64,000 nt of DNA from Bacteroidia bacterium (GTDB lineage: Bacteria; Bacteroidota; Bacteroidia; NS11-12g; UBA9320), in assembly GCA_965216465.1 (NCBI GenBank), contig CBDCFW010000006.1, forward strand, positions 352,001 to 416,000, read 5' to 3'. The translations under genes and the position numbers were made by a program. Under the pieces are notes generated by a model. That model ran no database searches, was not told where the DNA came from, and saw nothing but the letters and a program-made list of their open reading frames with translations. Positions 57,994 through 64,000 of this stretch are shown piece by piece. The stretch's first letter is position 1; each line of letters opens with the position of its first letter.

Positions 57994-58936
57994 TTTTCAA
58001 CAATTTTGGTTGATTCTTTAAAACTTTAAGCATGTGTTCGTACTGCGGACCAAAAGAAAAGTGGCCTACTAAAACTTCTTCTGAAACTACAATTTGTTTG
58101 CACTCTCTGGCACAGTATTCAGCCACCTGAATTTCTTCTAGACCCAAATAGCCAGAAGGAGCGTCTCTGAAGTAGTCTATATCTTCCCAAAACCTTCTAG
58201 TAAACATCATCGCACCAATGCTAAATCGGTGAGGGCAAATGGTATAAGTCTCTCCATTTTTATAAAGTTTTTGAGCAGTTTCATCAATTGGGGTAATAAT
58301 ATTCCAAAGAAATTCCGCTGCTTCGCCATCTTCCCATGCAGGTAGGTCAACACACCGCGAAACAGCCTTCCCAAATTTTGCTTCATACTCATCGGTTTGA
58401 CTAAGAAGATGAAGAACACGGTGATAACTGTAGCCGTTAATGTTGATTAGTGGAGCGTAAAATCCTGCTTCATAAATTGAGTTCTTTTCAAAGCTATTTT
58501 TCATGTTGAGCATCCCTTCTACAAAATGCTCCGTGATTATAATATCTTCATCCAACTTAAAAATCAACTCCGCATTTGCGTGAGCTTGAATAGCGATGTT
58601 TTGGGCAATAGACAGTTTATTTTGATTGCAGAGGAGAATACTATAGTCCTTATTCCTTGCAATCTCTTCTAATTCAGCATGCTCATCAAAACCAGGACAA
58701 ACAATACAAATGTCAATCGAGTTAAGGATGAACGATTCAATACGTTCAAAGAAAGCAGGCCATAAGATTTGTTTGTAACCGCATACTAAGATTAGCATCT
58801 GATTCGATCCAGATTGTCGATTTTCAAATCGAAATTTCGACCTCACCCTTCTTCTTCGAGCAATTCTTTTAGGTTGCAAGAAGGGTAAATATTTGTGTTT
58901 CAGATGAATTATCCTTTTACGCATGAAAGATTGCAA
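57974..58936 (-). CDS. GT-A-like glycosyltransferase
   Basis: IFKLDEDI DxD motif; HFSFGPQ. Confidence 0.6.
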   Translation of the reverse strand: MQSFMRKRIIHLKHKYLPFLQPKRIARRRRVRSKFRFENRQSGSNQMLILVCGYKQILWPAFFERIESFILNSIDICIVCPGFDEHAELEEIARNKDYSILLCNQNKLSIAQNIAIQAHANAELIFKLDEDIIITEHFVEGMLNMKNSFEKNSIYEAGFYAPLININGYSYHRVLHLLSQTDEYEAKFGKAVSRCVDLPAWEDGEAAEFLWNIITPIDETAQKLYKNGETYTICPHRFSIGAMMFTRRFWEDIDYFRDAPSGYLGLEEIQVAEYCARECKQIVVSEEVLVGHFSFGPQYEHMLKVLKNQPKLLKINDLNK

Positions 58937-58979
58937 ACATACAATTAGAAATATAGAAGCATTAGCCTAAATTTGCCCC

Positions 58980-59675
58980 ATGAAATTTGGTGTTGTAATT
59001 TTTCCAGGAAGCAACTGCGATCACGACTTAATCAATGTTTTAGAAAATGTAAGCGGTAACAAGGTTGAAGAACTTTGGCACAAAGACACAGACCTTAAAG
59101 GCTGTACGCATATTTTCCTTCCAGGTGGATTCTCTTATGGTGATTACCTAAGAAGCGGAGCAATTGCAAAGCTTTCTCCAATTATTGACTCTGTTGTAGA
59201 GCACGCTAATAACGGTGGATTTGTAATGGGGATTTGTAATGGTTTCCAAATTCTTTGTGAAAGCGGATTGTTACCAGGTGCTTTGTTACACAATGAAAAT
59301 CACGCATTCATTTGCAAAAATGTTCACCTAAAAGTGGAGAACACCAATACAGCAATTACGTCTGAGCTTACTGATAAAGCCGCGTACAAAATTCCTATTG
59401 CTCACGCAGAAGGAAGATACTATGCTGACGATGAAACTATCGCAAGACTAAAGGCGAACAATCAAATCCTTTTCAGATACGCAGACGAAAATGGTAATGT
59501 TTCAAGTGAGTTCAATCCAAATGGAGCGACAGATAATATCGCCGGTATTTGCAACGAAGGTTTCAATGTTTATGGAATGATGCCTCACCCAGAGCGTGCT
59601 GCAAGCGAAGATCTATTCAATACCGACGGCAGAGCATTCTTTACCGCCTTACTACAAGAAGAAGCTGTAAGTTAA
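58980..59675 (+). CDS. purQ: phosphoribosylformylglycinamidine synthase glutaminase subunit
   Basis: FPGSNC, PGGFSYGDYLR, GICNGFQ, MMPHPER. Confidence 0.97.
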   Translation: MKFGVVIFPGSNCDHDLINVLENVSGNKVEELWHKDTDLKGCTHIFLPGGFSYGDYLRSGAIAKLSPIIDSVVEHANNGGFVMGICNGFQILCESGLLPGALLHNENHAFICKNVHLKVENTNTAITSELTDKAAYKIPIAHAEGRYYADDETIARLKANNQILFRYADENGNVSSEFNPNGATDNIAGICNEGFNVYGMMPHPERAASEDLFNTDGRAFFTALLQEEAVS

Positions 59676-59691
59676 GACGCTTCGGTCTTAA
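59672..59691. terminator. short hairpin between convergent purQ and peroxidase genes
   Basis: TTAAGAC-GCTTCG-GTCTTAA; both stop codons lie in the stem arms. Confidence 0.45.
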
Positions 59692-60749
59692 TTAAACGGA
59701 TCTGAATACTTAGGATGCGTTAGCAACTCATTATCCGTTAACGTATTTAGAAATGCGATTAGCGCTTTTTTCTCATGTGCGGTGATATTGAGGTCAAGGT
59801 TTTCATCAGCCATTCCTCTCAGTCTCCAATCCAAGTTTGGTGTTTCTTGAATTCCATGTGAGTAATGATCTAAAACATCATCAAGTGTTTCAAATCTACC
59901 ATCGTGCATATACGGTCCGGTAACTGCTATGTTTCTCAAGGTTGGCACTTTTGAGAATCCTCCTTCAAGACCGGTTTTTGAATCATCTGCTTCAAGGCCA
60001 ATGTTAGCAGCATCTCCACCAAAACCCCAGCTTTGGTTAAAGTTCATACCGCCATGGCAAGAAGCACATTGGTACTTTTGATGGAATAGTTCCAAACCTT
60101 CTGTTTCTAATGCAGTCAACTTAGCGTTGCCGTTATTGTAATCATCAAACTTAGTCTTATAAGAAACAAGCGATCCAACAAAGCTTGCTAAAGCTTCACC
60201 TGTGTTTTCTACTGTTACTTCGTCAGAACCAAAAGCATTGATGAATAACTGTTTGTAGTAAGGTTGCCCCATAATCTTTCCAAGTAAAAACTCCTCATCA
60301 TCAATTCCCATTTCAATATGGTTAGCAATCGGCATCATAACTTGTTCACTTAACACATGAGCTCTCCCGTCCCAGAAGTACGGATGCTGACCCATTTCAT
60401 TGGCTAACGCCATACTATGTCGGTCTGTAAGCTCCCCTAAAAAACCTTCGCTTAAGGCCACTCCATCTGCAAACCCTTTAGACTGCATGTGGCAAGAACC
60501 ACAAGAAGTATTGTTATTTATCGATAAGTTTCGGTCATAAAACAAGACTCTACCCAACTCTGCCTTAGCATTCGTTACATCTAAAAGATGCCCCTGCATT
60601 TGATATACAAAGTGGGGAACGTCATCATCAAATTCATATTCATAATTGCCTAAATTTATGGCTGTTCCTGTTCCGTTTTTAAGATTTTCCTTGCTGCATG
60701 CGAAAATCAATGTGGCGAGTAATCCAAAAAGAATAAGTTTTGTTTTCAT
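59688..60749 (-). CDS. di-heme cytochrome c peroxidase / MauG-family lipoprotein
   Basis: CGSCH and CASCH; LGRVLFYD, FWDGRA, KVPTLRNIAVTGPYMHDG. Confidence 0.9.
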   Translation of the reverse strand: MKTKLILFGLLATLIFACSKENLKNGTGTAINLGNYEYEFDDDVPHFVYQMQGHLLDVTNAKAELGRVLFYDRNLSINNNTSCGSCHMQSKGFADGVALSEGFLGELTDRHSMALANEMGQHPYFWDGRAHVLSEQVMMPIANHIEMGIDDEEFLLGKIMGQPYYKQLFINAFGSDEVTVENTGEALASFVGSLVSYKTKFDDYNNGNAKLTALETEGLELFHQKYQCASCHGGMNFNQSWGFGGDAANIGLEADDSKTGLEGGFSKVPTLRNIAVTGPYMHDGRFETLDDVLDHYSHGIQETPNLDWRLRGMADENLDLNITAHEKKALIAFLNTLTDNELLTHPKYSDPFN

Positions 60750-60753
60750 GTGT

Positions 60754-61458
60754 TTAAAAGTTAAATGTTAAGTATATATCAACGGGTAAAGTAACCATCA
60801 AGTCTTTGTTAAAACTGTCAAAGACTCTATTGTCAAATGCATTTGGAAATCGTAACCTAAGTTCATCGGAAACACCTTCCCACTTCACTCCTTGTTGCAT
60901 TTCTTGATAGCGAGCGTATAAGCTTCCTTCAGTATATAAAGCAATTTTATCATTGATTTGGAATTGAATTCCACCAATAACTCCTGCACCATATGTCTGC
61001 ATGTTGTTCACCGAAACATTATGAAACTTGTTCATTTTAGTTCCATCCCAAATTTGCTGAACATTTCTTTGATGCATTAATTCATCACCGTAAATAAGGT
61101 CAGCACCATAAATAAAATCAAAACGCTTGCTGATTTTTTTACTCCAGGCATATCCTAATCTCAAATCAACATTTGAAGACTCTCGATCTATCGGACTGCC
61201 TTGAAATCGGTTATCATCTTCTCGAGTAATTTGAATATTCATCCCAAAACGAATACTTCCGGGACCAATTCTTCTGTTGTAGGTAATCCAATAAGGATTA
61301 GTAGAAACTACAGATCCTCCAAAACTGAGGTAGTTGCCTACAAAGCCTGTTGCGTTAATTCCTATAGAGTTGGATGAATTTTCAAGAAGCTGTGCTTTAG
61401 AATCTATGCTTGCACCAGCAAACATTAAAATCAGTAAGGTGTAAAGAGTTGTTTTCAT
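60754..61458 (-). CDS. outer-membrane beta-barrel protein
   Basis: Signal peptide, amphipathic strands, terminal YLTFNF. Confidence 0.7.
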   Translation of the reverse strand: MKTTLYTLLILMFAGASIDSKAQLLENSSNSIGINATGFVGNYLSFGGSVVSTNPYWITYNRRIGPGSIRFGMNIQITREDDNRFQGSPIDRESSNVDLRLGYAWSKKISKRFDFIYGADLIYGDELMHQRNVQQIWDGTKMNKFHNVSVNNMQTYGAGVIGGIQFQINDKIALYTEGSLYARYQEMQQGVKWEGVSDELRLRFPNAFDNRVFDSFNKDLMVTLPVDIYLTFNF

Positions 61459-61555
61459 TTAAGTTTCACCAAATATAGAAAGACTTATCTTAGAAAACCC
61501 TCCTCAAATTGTCATAATATACTAACGAGAATGTCGGTTTTGATCAAACTCCGGT

Positions 61556-62353
61556 TTAAAGCTTAATCATTTTCGCATTGCTTAGCGAGAAAAGTCCAAG
61601 GCCGTTTTCAATGTTATTCGGAAGTGGAGATGGCTCAGAAAATGGATTATTTGGTACGTAATCAATTAAACGTTTGCCATAATCGTAATGCGATTTATTA
61701 ATTTGACTGATGATTATAAAAACGTCTTGATTTGAGTTTTTATCCCACAAAAATGCATCTACACTGTGCTTCAACTTTCCATCCTTAGCATTCGAGTCGT
61801 CAAAGTATTCACCTTCTACGAACGACTTGATCATTTCTTGTTGACTGCTAATAAAAAATACTTCAAAGCGATAGAAGTTGTCTTGATTAGGATCATCGTC
61901 AAACTCCATTTTTACATTCATGCCATCTACAAACTCACCGGTTAAGTGTTCAACCTGATAAGTAAAGTTCGAAACGCTATCTGGCATGTATTCCATAGCA
62001 CTAATTTTTTCGCCTGTTTGTGTTGACACTTCAAGTCGGTAAGCCTCTCCAGGAACAAAATCATAACTGGTGTGTTGATAGCCTTCATCATCAATGAAAT
62101 TATAAATGTGGTGTAATGTGTCTTGGCTTCCAAGCACATAAATCGTCGCATTGCGTTCGGGTTCATACTCTGAACTCGGGGTAGATTCAAATACAGGCTT
62201 ACTGTAGGTTAAACTAACTGTGTTTCCCATATCTAAATTGCTATATCCACCATAAAACACAAGTTTCTTATCAATTTTAGGCACTTCTACATCAGTTATT
62301 ACGGTTTCACATCCCACCGAAAAAAGAAGCATTATCCAAATGAGTTTTTTCAT
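61556..62353 (-). CDS. DUF4249 lipoprotein
   Basis: Lipobox VGC; FDDDPNQDNFY, PFSEP..LPNNIENGLGLF. Confidence 0.85.
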   Translation of the reverse strand: MKKLIWIMLLFSVGCETVITDVEVPKIDKKLVFYGGYSNLDMGNTVSLTYSKPVFESTPSSEYEPERNATIYVLGSQDTLHHIYNFIDDEGYQHTSYDFVPGEAYRLEVSTQTGEKISAMEYMPDSVSNFTYQVEHLTGEFVDGMNVKMEFDDDPNQDNFYRFEVFFISSQQEMIKSFVEGEYFDDSNAKDGKLKHSVDAFLWDKNSNQDVFIIISQINKSHYDYGKRLIDYVPNNPFSEPSPLPNNIENGLGLFSLSNAKMIKL

Positions 62354-62354
62354 C

Positions 62355-64000
62355 TTAGTTAAATTTAAAGTTATATGAAACTGAAGGTAAAACTGGGAAC
62401 AAGCTTATTTGCTTTAGTACCTGTGGAGACTCTGAATCCCATCGATCCTCATTGCCGATAAAATAGTAAAACGGATTCTTTCTATTGTACAAATTGTACG
62501 CACTAACCTCCCACGTTCGAATTCCCCTTTCTTTTTCTTTGCTAAACTGAACGCCTATATCAGCTCTGTGATAGGCCCTCATTCTAAAATCATTTCGGTC
62601 TGTATATTCGGACCCCGCAGGTGCCCAAATACCCATTGAAGGAATGGTGTTGTTGTGATTTGTTTGATAGCTGCTGAGCGGAAGTGTAATCGCATTTCCT
62701 GTACCGTACACCCATGTTGCCGAAGCTTTTATATGGTCATTTATCTTATATTGTAAAACTACGCTAGCGTCGTGGCGTCGATCGTATCGAGCATAAAACG
62801 GCTTTCCATTATTAAGTTCATCAAATTGCAGCTCTGTCCAACTGAGCGTATATCCAACCCAGCCTGTAAGTTGACCTTCTTTCTTTTGAAGCAATACTTC
62901 GGCTCCATAACTTGTACCTTTTCCAGTAGTAATGTTGTCTTCCCAAGAAATGGTCTCTGCACCTTCAGACGAGCTTTGTATACCTATAAATGAAGCACCT
63001 TCTTTGTACTGGATGATGTTATCCATTTTCTTATAATAACCTTCTACAGTAAGAGCTAGATTGTGCTTGGTAAAGTCTTTAGCAACTCCCCCTGCAATTT
63101 GTTGAGAGGCCTGTGGCTTAACAGTACTTGTAGCGGGCACCCATAAATCTGTTGGTAAGCCTACCCCACTGTTGCTCAATAAATGCACATATTGATTCAT
63201 GTTGGCGTAAGATGCCTTAATGGCCAAATCACTTCTTATGTTATAAGCTAAAGCTATACGAGGCTCGGGTTTAATATAGGTTAAACTGTCGGCTGTAAAT
63301 GTGCTCAGACGAACACCTAACAAAGACTTAAATCGTTTGCCAATCTTCCATTCATCTTCAATATACAATCCGCCTTCAACCGACTTATACAAAGTCTCTC
63401 TGTTTATATCCGAGTCGATAAAGGCATCCTGTAAAACCAATGCATCAGGAGTGAATCGATGATAAGTAAGCAACCCTCCAAATTTCACAGAATGTTTATT
63501 GCTAAAAAACCAATCAAAGTCCTGCTTCAAGGACCAATCTTTTATTCCTGACCCATACCGCAAACTAAACTGGGGCTGACCATTTTCTTCTTCTACAGCG
63601 TTTATTTCTAATCCATATTGACTGTAAATCAGTGCCGTATTCGAAAACAATTTAGGTCCATATAGGTGATTCCATCTCACCGTTCCTGTGGCATTTCCCC
63701 AACCAAACTTATTTGAAAATTTATACTCTTCTTCTTCGTATTTATATTCCTCATTTAGGTAGAACTTATCGCGGCCAAAGTACCCACTTACAAATATTTT
63801 GTTCTTATCATCAATCTCGTAATTGGCCTTGGCATTTAAATCGTAGAAGTAATAACCGAACGAGTTTCCATTATTAAAGGCTAGAATTAATGGCTGGGCA
63901 AGTGCGTCGATATAAGTTCTTCTTCCTGAAACGATAAAAGACCCCTTCCCTTTAGCAATTGGACCTTCAATCAAACCACGAGATGAGATTATTCCTACAC
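62355..64000 (-). CDS. TonB-dependent receptor, C-terminal part (5' end outside the window)
   Basis: EGPI..GKGSFIVSGRRTY, EPR, YDRRH, YHRAD, YNLYNRKN, terminal YNFKF. Confidence 0.93.
   Translation of the reverse strand, partial: VGIISSRGLIEGPIAKGKGSFIVSGRRTYIDALAQPLILAFNNGNSFGYYFYDLNAKANYEIDDKNKIFVSGYFGRDKFYLNEEYKYEEEEYKFSNKFGWGNATGTVRWNHLYGPKLFSNTALIYSQYGLEINAVEEENGQPQFSLRYGSGIKDWSLKQDFDWFFSNKHSVKFGGLLTYHRFTPDALVLQDAFIDSDINRETLYKSVEGGLYIEDEWKIGKRFKSLLGVRLSTFTADSLTYIKPEPRIALAYNIRSDLAIKASYANMNQYVHLLSNSGVGLPTDLWVPATSTVKPQASQQIAGGVAKDFTKHNLALTVEGYYKKMDNIIQYKEGASFIGIQSSSEGAETISWEDNITTGKGTSYGAEVLLQKKEGQLTGWVGYTLSWTELQFDELNNGKPFYARYDRRHDASVVLQYKINDHIKASATWVYGTGNAITLPLSSYQTNHNNTIPSMGIWAPAGSEYTDRNDFRMRAYHRADIGVQFSKEKERGIRTWEVSAYNLYNRKNPFYYFIGNEDRWDSESPQVLKQISLFPVLPSVSYNFKFN

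Overview
AT-rich genomic DNA from a Bacteroidota bacterium, indicated by type IX secretion C-terminal domains, TAnnTTTG promoter boxes and the mutL-rhomboid-rhomboid-EEP gene order. 1-12.4 kb is an accessory patchwork of small genes, including a barstar-like ORF missed by the ORF track, a SUFU protein and an nrtR-nrtX-nrtY locus with clear palindromic operators. 12.4-27.1 kb is the most striking locus. A membrane-anchored GAF/class III adenylate cyclase without a periplasmic sensor lies head-to-head with an effector-less nSTAND1 NTPase-TM-coiled-coil-WD40 protein. These are followed by three paralogous A+B pairs of beta-propeller lipoproteins, two paralogous TPR/beta-barrel outer-membrane proteins and a lipocalin, which together suggest a trans-envelope NLR-like signalling system. 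29.7-31.2 kb holds three ~95-bp inverted-repeat (attC-like) elements bracketing single small ORFs, next to tRNA-Asp and a duplicated, hairpin-substituted tRNA-Asp 3' fragment. The rest is mostly housekeeping and envelope genes (wbpD-like, uxs, ugd, waaA, lysS, ppiD, acyP, mutL, purQ), T9SS cargo, a di-heme peroxidase and a TonB-dependent receptor cut by the window edge. All family calls come from motif recognition by eye; no database searches were run.
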